Shown here: positions 17,428 through 27,135 of the stretch, piece after piece
Numbering within the stretch: position 1 is the first letter of the stretch
Layout of the letters: each line of letters starts with the position of its first letter
Source: a virus
Taxonomy: Duplodnaviria > Heunggongvirae > Uroviricota > Caudoviricetes
Length of the DNA stretch: 35,745 nucleotides
Direction: 5' to 3' (one strand)
IMG/VR virus record: IMGVR_UViG_2548876857_000008
Made by a program: the position numbers and the translations under genes
Notes under the pieces: model-generated
What the model was told of the DNA's origin: nothing
Databases searched by the model: none
Seen by the model: the letters and a program-made list of their open reading frames with translations, nothing else

Positions 17428-17963
17428 TGGAGATTAAGCTGGAGGATAATGCGTTACAGCACGCGCTGAAGAGCCTGGAGATCGGCTGTAAAGATTTAAC
17501 CCCGGCGATGCGCAAAATTGCCGGATCGTTACAGACGGAAACGGCGGAAACCTTCGAGGCTGAAGGTCGCCCGGCATGGGTGCCGTCGCTGGCGGCGAAG
17601 AAACGCGGTGGCCCGACGCTGCGCGATACCGGTGCGCTGGCGCGGTCAGTGACCACGCAGTACGACGCGCAGCACGCGGTAGTAGGATCTAATCTGGCCT
17701 ATGCCGCCATTCACCAGCTCGGCGGTGAAGTGAAGCGTAAAGGCCGCAAAGTCTACTTTAAGCAGGGTGAGAATGGCCGCGTTGGTCGTCAGTTTGTGAA
17801 GAAGAAAAACAGCAACTTTGAACAGAACGCTGCCGACCATACCGCCACTTATCCGGCACGTCCGTTTTTGCCTGTTGATAGCGACGGCAACCTGACCACC
17901 CGCGCAAAACGGGTGGTGCTGGCGACGATTCTGCGCCATCTTGAATCAGCGGCCCGTAGATAA
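17424..17963 (+). CDS. Mu G-like virion morphogenesis protein
   Basis: 179 aa following F; AGGAG 8 nt before the ATG; sits at the Mu G position. Confidence 0.65.
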   Translation: MMEIKLEDNALQHALKSLEIGCKDLTPAMRKIAGSLQTETAETFEAEGRPAWVPSLAAKKRGGPTLRDTGALARSVTTQYDAQHAVVGSNLAYAAIHQLGGEVKRKGRKVYFKQGENGRVGRQFVKKKNSNFEQNAADHTATYPARPFLPVDSDGNLTTRAKRVVLATILRHLESAARR

Positions 17964-18011
17964 GCCATTTCTCCGCGCCGGGCGGATGCCCGGCTTCACC
18001 GCCCAACCTGC

Positions 18012-18142
18012 TTTATAAAGATTTATAAAGCCCTTTACGCCCCGATTTTTACCTTCTCTTTCCCCGCAGTGATTAAAGCGCTTTAAAAGCGATTTTCGCC
18101 CGTTTTTATAAAGCTATTCCCTGACGTACTACGGAGGGAATA
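18012..18142 (+). promoter_or_regulatory. candidate late promoter region for the head operon: repeated TTTATAAAG / TTAAAGCGCTTTAA motifs plus start-site hairpin
   Basis: TTTATAAAG at 18012-18020, 18022-18030 and 18106-18114. Palindrome TTAAAGCGCTTTAA at 18073-18086. 8-bp hairpin TATTCCCT/AGGGAATA at 18115-18142 ends in the ATG. This is a 178-bp gap inside an otherwise coupled late region. Confidence 0.5.
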
Positions 18143-19233
18143 TGCCCGCACCTATTCATATCTTTAAATCCGGCACGCATACCGCGATGAACGGTACGCG
18201 GATGCCGTTCACATCGGCGGAGCTGGCTGCCTGTGCCGCCGCCTACGATCCGGCGGTGCATGAAGCGCCGCTGGTTATCGGCCATCCGGCGCATGACGCT
18301 CCGGCCTACGGCTGGGTGAAGTCGTTAACCGCCTCGCAGGATGATTTGCAAGCCGAGCCTGACCAGGTTGATCCGGCCTTTGCCGAACTGGTCGGAGCCG
18401 GACGTTACAAGAAAATCTCCGCCTCGTTCTATCTGCCTGACTCCCCTAATAACCCAAAGCCCGGCGCGTTGTATCTGCGCCACGTGGGTTTTCTCGGTGC
18501 GCAGCCGCCTGCCGTAAAAGGCTTAAAGCCCGTCGAGTTCAGCGAGCAGGAGGAAGGCGTGGTCGAGTTCGCCGACTGGGGACTTTCAACCAGCGCAGGG
18601 ATGTTTGCCCGCCTGCGCGATTTCCTGATCAGCAAGTTCAGCCTCGACGAGGCCGACAGCGTTTTGCCGGCCTGGCAAATCGATGCGTTACGCGATGAGG
18701 CGCAGCGTGATGACCCTAAACCCGATCCGGCTTTCAGTGAGCCAAAACCTGAACCAAAGGAGAAATCCGTGACTGAAGAAGAAATTAAGGCGATGCGCGA
18801 AGAGAATGCCCGCCTGAAAGCCGACGCTGCTGACCGCGCGAAGGCTGATGTAAAACGCCGTGCCGACGAACTGCACACTGCTAACGTCTCCTTTGCCGAG
18901 GAACTGGTGACCGGCGGCAAGCTGACGCCTGCGGCTAAAGGCGTGGTTGTCGCGCTGCTGGATGAAGTAAGCAAAGGCGATGCGCCGGTGGAGTTCGCCG
19001 AGGGCGATGTGAAGAAACCACTGGCGATGGCCTTTAAAGAACTATTGACAGGCGCTGCGCCGGTGCTGGATTTCAGCGAAGTTGCCAGCAAAGACCGCGC
19101 CAACCGCGACGTCGTGCGCACCGTCGATTTTGCCGACGCCGACCCGGAGCAACTGGCGGTGCATAACAAGGCCGTGGCGCTAGCGAAGGCTGAAGGCATC
19201 AGTTACGAAGCTGCCGTTAAACGCTGCTTATAA
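18142..19233 (+). CDS. head maturation protease / scaffold (Mu I-like)
   Basis: 363 aa directly before the major capsid gene, with a charged KE-rich coiled-coil C-terminal half typical of scaffold domains. Confidence 0.6.
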   Translation: MPAPIHIFKSGTHTAMNGTRMPFTSAELAACAAAYDPAVHEAPLVIGHPAHDAPAYGWVKSLTASQDDLQAEPDQVDPAFAELVGAGRYKKISASFYLPDSPNNPKPGALYLRHVGFLGAQPPAVKGLKPVEFSEQEEGVVEFADWGLSTSAGMFARLRDFLISKFSLDEADSVLPAWQIDALRDEAQRDDPKPDPAFSEPKPEPKEKSVTEEEIKAMREENARLKADAADRAKADVKRRADELHTANVSFAEELVTGGKLTPAAKGVVVALLDEVSKGDAPVEFAEGDVKKPLAMAFKELLTGAAPVLDFSEVASKDRANRDVVRTVDFADADPEQLAVHNKAVALAKAEGISYEAAVKRCL

Positions 19234-19244
19234 AGGAGGAAAAA

Positions 19245-20183
19245 ATGCCAAATCATTTACAGGGTAAACGCGTCGTTAACCCGATCCTGACCACCGTCGC
19301 GCGCGGTTATAAAAACGCGGCGTTTATCGGGGAGAAGATTTTCCCGGTGGTGGAGATGGATAAAGAAGGCGCAACGGTGCCGACGTTCGGCAACGGCGTG
19401 TTTGCCGTCTATGAGACGAAACGCGCCGTGGGTGCTGACAGTAACGTCATGATCCGTGAGAAAACCGGTTCGGTAGATATCGTGCTGGATGAGCACGACC
19501 TTTCCGCGCCGGTGGATTACCGCGAAAGCGCCGAGAGCATCTTCGACGAGGAAGCAAAAGCCACCCGTCGCGCCACCAATGGCATCCTGTTGCGCCGTGA
19601 AGTCTACGCGGCGGCGCTAGCGCAGGATGCGAAAATCTATAAGCCCAATGCGAAGAAAGTCTTCACTGCGGCGGATTGCTGGGCCAACGGTCAGGGCGAC
19701 CCGCTGCGCGACGTTGAAACCTATATGGATGCGGTACGCAATAACGTCGGTCTGCGCCCGAACATTATCACGATGGGCGCATCGGTGATGACGCTGCTGA
19801 AATTCCACCCGGTGATCCAGGCGGCAATCGGCGCGAACGAACGCAAGATTATTACTACCGATATTCTCAAAGAACTGTTCGGCGTGGATGAGGTGGTGGT
19901 CGGTAGCCCGGTATCGCTGGGCAAGGATGGTAAAGCTGCCGATCTCTGGAAAGACAATCTGATGGGCCACTACGTCACCCCGCCACAAGGTGGCGCGGCG
20001 TCTGCCGATGAGAATGAGCCATCGTTCGGCTATACCTTCCGCCGCAAGGGGATGCCTGTTATTGACCAATACGACACGGCAGGCGGCAAAGTGCGCAATT
20101 GTCGCTACACCGATATCTATAAGGTCGTTGTTGTCGGTTCTGACGCCGGGTTCCTGCTCTCTGGTCTGAAAGGAGGTGCATGA
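19245..20183 (+). CDS. major capsid protein (Mu T-like)
   Basis: 312 aa with a strong AAAGGAGGA site before the ATG; follows the protease/scaffold gene. Confidence 0.7.
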   Translation: MPNHLQGKRVVNPILTTVARGYKNAAFIGEKIFPVVEMDKEGATVPTFGNGVFAVYETKRAVGADSNVMIREKTGSVDIVLDEHDLSAPVDYRESAESIFDEEAKATRRATNGILLRREVYAAALAQDAKIYKPNAKKVFTAADCWANGQGDPLRDVETYMDAVRNNVGLRPNIITMGASVMTLLKFHPVIQAAIGANERKIITTDILKELFGVDEVVVGSPVSLGKDGKAADLWKDNLMGHYVTPPQGGAASADENEPSFGYTFRRKGMPVIDQYDTAGGKVRNCRYTDIYKVVVVGSDAGFLLSGLKGGA

Positions 20184-20521
20184 TGGCCGTCACTCAACAG
20201 GTCATTCTGACCACCACCGTCGTTGCCGTTGACATCATTCTCCAGCAGCACTTTGTCGGCTTTGACGGCAAGGTCTGCGCGGCGGGTAAAGCCGTTCTCG
20301 GCGTCGCGGAAACCGATGCCAACGCAGAGGACGCCGTTGGCGTCAATGTGCTGGGGATTATTGCTGTTGAAGCAGGCGCAGCAATTGAAGCCGGTGCTTC
20401 CGTCCAGTCCGATGCCGAAGGCTGCGCCATTGCGAAAACCGGTAGCAACGCTGTCGCCGGAATCGCGCTGGATGCGGCAACGCAGGCGGGAGATACCGTG
20501 CGCATTCTGCGCGGGGCGTGA
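20180..20521 (+). CDS. hypothetical head protein (Ala/Gly/Val-rich)
   Basis: 113 aa, coupled after the capsid gene. Confidence 0.5.
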   Translation: MMAVTQQVILTTTVVAVDIILQQHFVGFDGKVCAAGKAVLGVAETDANAEDAVGVNVLGIIAVEAGAAIEAGASVQSDAEGCAIAKTGSNAVAGIALDAATQAGDTVRILRGA

Positions 20522-20964
20522 TGATGGACTACTGCACCCCGGACGAACTTACCCTCTCGCTACCGTGGCAGACGCTGGTCTGGCTGTCGAATGAGGATGC
20601 CACGGCGACCACGGTGAATGAGGCCGTGGTGCAGGAAGCAATACGCCATGCTAACGAGCGCGTCGATGCCTACCTGCGCGGGCGCTACACGCTGCCGCTG
20701 CCGGAAGTGCCAACCGTTATCCATGACGTAGCCGTGTCGATTACCCGCTATCGCCTGTACGCCCGTCGCCCGGAAGGAGCGCTGCCGGATGCGGTAAAGG
20801 ACGACTACAAAGACGCCCTGAAACAGCTTACCGATATTCGTGATAACCGGATGACGCTGGCTCTGCCATCCACCGAAACCGATGCGCCGGAGTCCGGCGA
20901 GTTCCGGGTGCGCGCGCGGACGGCAACGTTTGGCGGCGCTAACGGCCTACTGGAGAAATACTGA
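20521..20964 (+). CDS. head-tail connector / gp36-like protein
   Basis: About 147 aa at the Mu gp36 position, coupled to its neighbours. Confidence 0.5.
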   Translation: MMDYCTPDELTLSLPWQTLVWLSNEDATATTVNEAVVQEAIRHANERVDAYLRGRYTLPLPEVPTVIHDVAVSITRYRLYARRPEGALPDAVKDDYKDALKQLTDIRDNRMTLALPSTETDAPESGEFRVRARTATFGGANGLLEKY

Positions 20965-21428
20965 TGGACACATTAACTATCGTCGATGACGTGGTGGCGC
21001 GACTGCGCACCAAACTCCCGGCGCTACAGGTGGAATATTTCCCGGAGAAGCCAGAAGAGTTCCGGCTTAACCACCCGGCTGGCGCGGTGCTGGTGAGTTA
21101 TATCAGCTCGAAGTACGACAACCCGGATGACACCTGTGCCGTCGTTCAGCCGCAGACCGTCACGCTGTGCGCCACTGTCATTATGCGCCAGCTTAACGGG
21201 CGCGGTGGTGCAGTTGCGGTACTTGAACTGGTGCGCCGTGCGCTCGGCGGCTGGCGTCCGGTGAACTGTCACCGCCCGATACGGCTGAAGCAGGACACGT
21301 TTATTGGCGAAGTGGCGGGACTCTGGCAGTACGCGCTGGAGTTCGTCACCGACACTATGTTTGTAGAGGACAGCGAGGCGGATGAACTTCCGCTGCTGGT
21401 CAGCATCGATTATGAGGAAAAATTATGA
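20964..21428 (+). CDS. hypothetical head-tail joining protein (Mu gp37 position)
   Basis: 154 aa; ATGA overlap with the upstream gene. Confidence 0.5.
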   Translation: MDTLTIVDDVVARLRTKLPALQVEYFPEKPEEFRLNHPAGAVLVSYISSKYDNPDDTCAVVQPQTVTLCATVIMRQLNGRGGAVAVLELVRRALGGWRPVNCHRPIRLKQDTFIGEVAGLWQYALEFVTDTMFVEDSEADELPLLVSIDYEEKL

Positions 21429-21655
21429 AATTTATTTACCGCGGCCCGGCCAGCGGCGTGACGTTAGCCGATGGCGCAGAAGTGCTGCTCTGGCCAGAGC
21501 ATGAGGTGGAACTGCCGGAAGATCTGGACTATGTGCAGACGCTGCTGGCGCTGAAGCATCTCACACCAGCGCCAGTTGAACCCGAAGTGGTGCCTGAACC
21601 TGAACCACAACCCCTGAAGGGTAAAAAAGAGAAGGAGACAACCAGTGGCAGCTAA
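21425..21655 (+). CDS. hypothetical small protein (Mu gp38 position)
   Basis: 76 aa with a Pro/Glu-rich C-terminus. Confidence 0.45.
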   Translation: MKFIYRGPASGVTLADGAEVLLWPEHEVELPEDLDYVQTLLALKHLTPAPVEPEVVPEPEPQPLKGKKEKETTSGS

Positions 21656-23060
21656 TTATTTACACGGCGTCGAGACTATCGAGATCGAACGCGGCCCGCG
21701 CCCGGTGCGTACCGTTAAGTCGGCGGTGATTGGTCTTGTAGGAACGGCTCCGGCTGGCCCGATTAACACATCGGTATTGTGCCTGTCAGAGAAAGACGCG
21801 GCGCAGTTCGGCTCGCAGGTTTCCGGGTTCAGTATCCCGCAGGCACTGGATGCGATTTATGACCACGGCGCGGGAACGGTGGTGGTAATTAACGTGGCCG
21901 ATCCGGCAAAGCACAGCGTAACGGCCTCTACCATCGCACGTCGGGTTGATGATAATCATCAGATCAGGCTGGACTATGGCGCGGTCAGTAATGTCGTTTT
22001 GAAGGTGTCGGGCGCGAGTTCAGATTTAAGCCCGGCAAATTATACCGTTGATGCCGGAACTGGCGTTGTTACATGCCCGACGGTTAACGCAGGCGACACG
22101 CTGTTTGCCACATATCGTTATATCGATCCGACAAAAATCACCGCTGCCGATATCATCGGCGCGATCAATGCCGCAGGCCAGCGTATCGGGATGAAGCTGC
22201 TGGAGGATACCTATAGTCTCTATGGTTTTAAACCGAAAATCCTGATCGCCCCGGTGTTCTGTACGCAAAAATCGGTCAGTACCGAGCTGATTGCCCTGGC
22301 GGAAAAGCTGGACGCTATCACCTATATCGATGCGCCAGTTGGCACGACCTTCAGCCAGGTGCTGGCAGGCCGTGGCGCATCCGGGACTATCAACTTCAAT
22401 ACCAGTTCCGAACGCGCCCGTCTGTGCTACCCGCACGTTAAGGTGTATGACTCTGTCACCGACAGCGAACGGCTGGAGCCGCTTTCCTCCCGCGCCGCTG
22501 GCCTGCGTGCCAAAGTGGATCTGGATAACGGTTTCTGGTGGAGCAACTCCAACCAGGAGATCCTCGGCATCACTGGTGTGGAACGTTCGCTGTCGGCGAT
22601 GATTGATGACCCGCAAAGCGAGGTGAATCAACTGAACGAAAACGGCATCACCACCGTTTTCAACAGCTACGGCACCGGGATGCGACTGTGGGGCAACCGT
22701 ACCGCCGCCTGGCCGACCGTTACCCATATGCGCAACTTTGAAAATGTGCGGCGCACCGGGGATGTGATTAACGAGTCGATCCGTTACTTCAGTCAGCAGT
22801 ATCTGGATATGCCGATTAACCAGGCGCTGATTGACGCGCTAACCGAATCGGTGAATGCCTATGGCCGCAAGCTGATTGGCGACGGCGCATTGCTGGGCTT
22901 CGAGTGCTGGTATGACCCGGCGCGTAATGAGCAGACCGAGCTGGCCGCTGGCCATCTGCTGCTCAGTTACAAATATACGCCGCCTCCGCCGCTGGAACGG
23001 CTGACGTTTGAGACGGAAATCACTTCGGAATATCTGGTTAATCTGGAAGGTAAACGCTGA
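21645..23060 (+). CDS. contractile tail sheath protein
   Basis: 471 aa; GTG start 8 nt after AAGGAG. Size and position before the tube gene match a myovirus sheath. Confidence 0.75.
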   Translation: MAANYLHGVETIEIERGPRPVRTVKSAVIGLVGTAPAGPINTSVLCLSEKDAAQFGSQVSGFSIPQALDAIYDHGAGTVVVINVADPAKHSVTASTIARRVDDNHQIRLDYGAVSNVVLKVSGASSDLSPANYTVDAGTGVVTCPTVNAGDTLFATYRYIDPTKITAADIIGAINAAGQRIGMKLLEDTYSLYGFKPKILIAPVFCTQKSVSTELIALAEKLDAITYIDAPVGTTFSQVLAGRGASGTINFNTSSERARLCYPHVKVYDSVTDSERLEPLSSRAAGLRAKVDLDNGFWWSNSNQEILGITGVERSLSAMIDDPQSEVNQLNENGITTVFNSYGTGMRLWGNRTAAWPTVTHMRNFENVRRTGDVINESIRYFSQQYLDMPINQALIDALTESVNAYGRKLIGDGALLGFECWYDPARNEQTELAAGHLLLSYKYTPPPPLERLTFETEITSEYLVNLEGKR

Positions 23061-23584
23061 TGGGCGGAAAAATTGAAGTTAACCGTATTACCAACGCCAA
23101 TATCTATATCAATGGTAATAACCTGCTGGGCCGCGCGGAGGAGATTAAGCTGCCGGATATCAGCATGATTATGCAGGAGCATAAGGCGCTGGGGATGGTC
23201 GGCAAGATTGAGTTGCCCGCTGGGTTCGACAAACTGGAGGGCGAAATCAAGTGGAACAGCTTCTATCGCGAAGTGATGCGCCATGCGGCTAACCCGTATA
23301 AGTCGCTGGCGTTGCAGTGCCGTTCGTCTATCGACCGCTATAACTCAACGGGGCGTATCGATGAAATCCCGCTGGTGACGCACCTGACGGTAATGTTCAA
23401 GAAGAATCCGCTGGGGACGTTTAAGCAACATGAGAACCCGGATTTTTCCAGTGCCTTTAGCTGCACCTATATCAAGCAGGTGGTGGACGGCGAGACGCTG
23501 CTGGAACTGGATTATCTGGCGAATATCTTCAAAGTGAATGGCGTGGATCAGTTGAGCACCTATCGCGCCAATATCGGCGGTTAA
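23060..23584 (+). CDS. tail tube protein
   Basis: 174 aa immediately after the sheath gene (TGATG overlap). Confidence 0.7.
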   Translation: MGGKIEVNRITNANIYINGNNLLGRAEEIKLPDISMIMQEHKALGMVGKIELPAGFDKLEGEIKWNSFYREVMRHAANPYKSLALQCRSSIDRYNSTGRIDEIPLVTHLTVMFKKNPLGTFKQHENPDFSSAFSCTYIKQVVDGETLLELDYLANIFKVNGVDQLSTYRANIGG

Positions 23585-23589
23585 CCACT

Positions 23590-23660
23590 CATTAAAGCTG
23601 TTTAATACTGTTTGTTTCATCCCTCCTCAATACTGTCCTCAGTTCAACACTGAGGACAGT
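23590..23660 (+). promoter_or_regulatory. inter-operon element: CATTAAAGCTGTTTAATACTG motif plus perfect 12-bp hairpin before the tail chaperone gene
   Basis: Motif at 23590-23610. Hairpin ACTGTCCTCAGT-TCAAC-ACTGAGGACAGT at 23632-23660 holds the GAGGA site in its 3' arm, 4 nt before the ATG at 23665. No U-tract follows. Confidence 0.5.
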
Positions 23661-23664
23661 CACC

Positions 23665-23967
23665 ATGACAGACACATTCAAACTGCAATACCCCTTCACC
23701 GCACCCTCCGGGCAGCGTATCGACGAACTGCAACTGACTCGCCTGAAGGTCAAAGATATGCGTGCGGCTCGACGTATCAGCGATAAACCTGAAGACTGGG
23801 ACGAACCGCTACTGGCGGCGATGACCGGACTGGTGCCGGAAGATTTGGCCGAAATGGATCTTGCTGACTATCAGGCGTTGCAGAAACGATTTCAGAACAT
23901 GCTTGGGCTGGGCGGCGAACCCGCAGCAACTGTGGCAGGCGATGGCGCTGCTGGCACGGTGGTTTAG
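23665..23967 (+). CDS. tail assembly chaperone (P2 gpE / lambda G-like)
   Basis: 100 aa between the tube and tape-measure genes. An overlapping +1-frame ORF extends to 24067. Confidence 0.6.
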   Translation: MTDTFKLQYPFTAPSGQRIDELQLTRLKVKDMRAARRISDKPEDWDEPLLAAMTGLVPEDLAEMDLADYQALQKRFQNMLGLGGEPAATVAGDGAAGTVV

Positions 23968-24041
23968 GTTTCAACCAGGGGAAATTGACAATCTGGCGGT
24001 CGGGGATTTTGAACGCTGGCTTGATGAGGCCAGCGCCCAGA

Positions 24042-24320
24042 TTAAGCGTGAGAACGGCGGCGGTTGAGTACCCATTCGGTGATGCTGCCGACAAGGGCGA
24101 ACAGGAAGGCCAGCAGGGAAATGGCCGGGCTAAATAACCAGCCTGCCAGTGCGGTCAGCAACAGTACACCAACGCTGCCCACACCAATCATCAAAGTTGC
24201 CGCCAGCCCATCATGGCAGTTATGCAGGGTATAGCTGACCACATGAAACAGCGCCCAACCATCCACCGCCACAATCGCGGCGATCAATAGTCCTTTAAAC
24301 AGGGTTAATGCGTTGTTCAT
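24042..24320 (-). CDS. small integral membrane protein encoded antisense within the tail module (moron candidate)
   Basis: 92 aa with three predicted TM helices and a basic C-terminus (NRRRSHA). AAGAGG sits 4-5 nt before the ATG at 24320. It is the only minus-strand gene in the late region. Confidence 0.5.
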   Translation of the reverse strand: MNNALTLFKGLLIAAIVAVDGWALFHVVSYTLHNCHDGLAATLMIGVGSVGVLLLTALAGWLFSPAISLLAFLFALVGSITEWVLNRRRSHA

Positions 24321-24360
24321 AACGCCTCTTTTTTATTGTGGTTTTCCGGGAGTGTAAAGC

Positions 24361-27135
24361 GTGGCTGCTGAATTTTCAATCGGTGTTCTTATTAGTGGCG
24401 CAGTCACTGGCGCATTTCGTTCTGCTATTGGAGGAACCCAGCGAGCGTTAAACGATCTCCAATCCACCACGCAGCGATTGCAAAACCGTCAGGCCGCGCT
24501 GACGCAGGCGATGACACGTTACGGGCAGGCAGGTATTAGCAGTACATCCCGGCTCAACAACGAATTACAGCAAGTCAGTCGCACAATGGCGCGGCTGGAA
24601 AGCCAGCAAAATAAATTATCCAGCGCAACGGCGCGTAGCCAGGCGATGCGTTCGCAGCGGATGGATCTTTACGCCCAGGGTGCAGAGACCTACGCGCTGG
24701 CCAGAACGATGTCGGCCCCTCTGGTGTCGTCAGTGAAAACCTATGCGGGGTTTGAATCAGGGCTGCGGGATATTGCCGTGACCGGGGATCTGGACAGTAA
24801 ACAGGAAGCGGCGATCGATAACGCCATCCGTCAGGCAGCGGGTAAAGTCAACCAGTTGCAGGAAACGCTACTCGGTGGCGTGAATCAACTGGTAGCCGAT
24901 GGTATGAACCCGGAGAAAGCGGCGGGAATGGTGGATTTGCTTGGTAAAACCGCCACGGCCACCAAGGCTGATATGACCGATCTGGCAAAAATGACTTTCG
25001 CTTTTAGCGATGCCTTGAAGATTAGCGATGGAAAGGAGATGCAGGAAGCCTTTGCAATGGCAGCGGTCGGAGCAAAGACCGGCTCCTTTGAACTGAAAGA
25101 TATGGCAAAGGCATTGCCTACCCTGACAAAAAGCTTTGCGGCTAAAGGTATTACGGGTAAGGAAGCGATTAAAGAAATTGTCGCCTCTCTCGAAGCTGCA
25201 AAAGGCTCTGGTTCGGCAGAAGAAGCCGTGACCAATATGACCAACTGGATGGGCGCAATGACGCGCGGCGATACCGTCAAGAAATATGAAAAGGCGGGCG
25301 TAAATTATGAAGCGTCGATGAAAGATTATGTCGCCAAAGGTTATTCGCAATATGAAGCCTCGCTGATGATTGCTGACCGCTTTATTAAAGGTAAAGGCGA
25401 TGCCTTTATAAAACAGTGGCAGGAAGCGGGGGCACGTGGCGACGGTGAGTCGCAACAGAAGTTGATGGAGTCGTTTGGTCTGTCGGAGGTTTTTACCGAT
25501 ATTCAAACCGTCAATCATCTGCTTTCCATGCGTCAGAACTGGGATCAATATCAGTCGAATAAAGCCAAAATGGGTGACCCGGCATCACAGAATGTGCTGG
25601 ATACTGATTTTAATAAGCAAAACGATACCCTGGAAGCCCGCTGGCGAAGCTCGCAGGTAGCGATGAATGAGATGGCAATCAGTATCGGTAGTTCTCTACG
25701 CCCGGCACTGGTCGAATTATCGGAAAGTCTGCTGCCAGTAATGAGTTCTTTTGCAAAATGGCTTTCAGCTAACCCGGAGATGGTGGCGAATATAGCCAAA
25801 CTACTGGCCGGATTTATTGCATTCAAAGCGGCGACGGTCGGTAGCAAGCTGGCTCTGAATATGATGTTGTCGCCGTTTGTGGATTGTATTAAAGCGGTAA
25901 CGTTGCTTAACACGAAATGGCTGCTTCTGAAAACAGCCTTTTCGTCTGGCGGCAAACTGGCAGGCATCACTAAGTTGTTCGGCTCGCTAGCGCGTGGTGC
26001 CTTGTCATTAGGCAAAATCCTTGCCGGTGGATTAATGCGTGGCGTGATGATGGCCGCCCGTGCCGTAATGTTTCTGGGCCGTGCGCTGCTGATGAATCCC
26101 ATCGGGTTGATTATCACTGGCATCGCGGCAGCCGCGTATCTGATTTATCGCTACTGGGGGCCCATTTCCGGCTTCTTTAAACGGCTGTGGGCGCAGGTCA
26201 CGGTAGCGTTTCGCGGGGCGTGGAGCGGCATCAAAGGTATCTGGAGTGGCGTGTCGGGCTGGTTCTCTGGTATCTGGGCGCAAATCAAAACCGCATTCAG
26301 CGGTGGGATTGGCGGCGTGGCAAAGCTGATTACCAACTGGTCGCCGCTGGGCCTGTTCTATAAAGCTTTTGCCGGAGTGATGAAATACTTCGGTATCGAT
26401 ATGCCGAAGAACTTTACCGATTTTGGCGGTAATCTGATTAACGGTCTGATGAACGGTATCGGCAATGCGCTGACTGCTGCGAAAGAGACGGTCGTTAACT
26501 TTGGTAACTCGATTTCAGGCTGGTTTAAGGAGACGCTGGGCATTCACTCCCCGAGCCAGGTGTTTGCCGGGTTCGGCGACAATATCGCGCAAGGGGCCGC
26601 TATCGGTATCAACCGCACCGCCCCGGATGCGATTTCCGCCAGCCAACAGATGGCGGCGGCGTTAATTCCCCCGTTGCTGGATATCCGCGTTCCGGGTCTG
26701 GATGTTGCCGCAATACCACAGCGACCACCTGTTGCGGGTGGCATCGCGCCTCAACTCAACCCACTGCTGCCGAAAGTCGCACCGCCCACCATTGTGCCAG
26801 CCCCCACTGCGGCGGGTATGGCGCTGGCTGGGGCGGCGGGCGCGGTGTTATCTCGCCGCAAACCGCTGTCGCCAGTGCCACCAAAACCCGCCGTACCTGC
26901 CGTTCCTGAACTGCCGAAAAGTACCGCACCAGCCGCCAAAGGCCGCAATGCCAGTGCGCGTGTGCCGGGGCAGTCATCCGGGGTGAATGTGACCTTTGCG
27001 CCGCAAATTACCATCAAAGGCGCGGCATCGACGACCGAGGGCGAAATCACCTCTGCGCTGAAACTGAGCCTGCACGAACTTGAAAAGATGATGGAGCGGA
27101 TTATGGCGCGTCGTGAACGCCGGGAGTATGCATAA
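24361..27135 (+). CDS. tail tape measure protein
   Basis: 924 aa, largely helical, with central hydrophobic Gly/Ala segments and a Pro/Ala-rich C-terminal region. GTG start after GGGAG. Follows the chaperone gene. Confidence 0.85.
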   Translation: MAAEFSIGVLISGAVTGAFRSAIGGTQRALNDLQSTTQRLQNRQAALTQAMTRYGQAGISSTSRLNNELQQVSRTMARLESQQNKLSSATARSQAMRSQRMDLYAQGAETYALARTMSAPLVSSVKTYAGFESGLRDIAVTGDLDSKQEAAIDNAIRQAAGKVNQLQETLLGGVNQLVADGMNPEKAAGMVDLLGKTATATKADMTDLAKMTFAFSDALKISDGKEMQEAFAMAAVGAKTGSFELKDMAKALPTLTKSFAAKGITGKEAIKEIVASLEAAKGSGSAEEAVTNMTNWMGAMTRGDTVKKYEKAGVNYEASMKDYVAKGYSQYEASLMIADRFIKGKGDAFIKQWQEAGARGDGESQQKLMESFGLSEVFTDIQTVNHLLSMRQNWDQYQSNKAKMGDPASQNVLDTDFNKQNDTLEARWRSSQVAMNEMAISIGSSLRPALVELSESLLPVMSSFAKWLSANPEMVANIAKLLAGFIAFKAATVGSKLALNMMLSPFVDCIKAVTLLNTKWLLLKTAFSSGGKLAGITKLFGSLARGALSLGKILAGGLMRGVMMAARAVMFLGRALLMNPIGLIITGIAAAAYLIYRYWGPISGFFKRLWAQVTVAFRGAWSGIKGIWSGVSGWFSGIWAQIKTAFSGGIGGVAKLITNWSPLGLFYKAFAGVMKYFGIDMPKNFTDFGGNLINGLMNGIGNALTAAKETVVNFGNSISGWFKETLGIHSPSQVFAGFGDNIAQGAAIGINRTAPDAISASQQMAAALIPPLLDIRVPGLDVAAIPQRPPVAGGIAPQLNPLLPKVAPPTIVPAPTAAGMALAGAAGAVLSRRKPLSPVPPKPAVPAVPELPKSTAPAAKGRNASARVPGQSSGVNVTFAPQITIKGAASTTEGEITSALKLSLHELEKMMERIMARRERREYA

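Noticed and set aside
18429-19199. 256-aa minus-strand ORF inside the protease/scaffold gene
   Set aside because: Ser/Ala-rich low-complexity shadow ORF antisense to a conserved late gene.
22026-22727. 233-aa minus-strand ORF inside the tail sheath gene
   Set aside because: Antisense shadow ORF; the sheath reading frame is the coding one.
23632-23660. Strong hairpins at 23632-23660 and 29875-29892 considered as intrinsic terminators
   Set aside because: No U-tract follows either stem, and each stem abuts the next start codon. A translational or mRNA-stability role is more likely, and they are reported that way.
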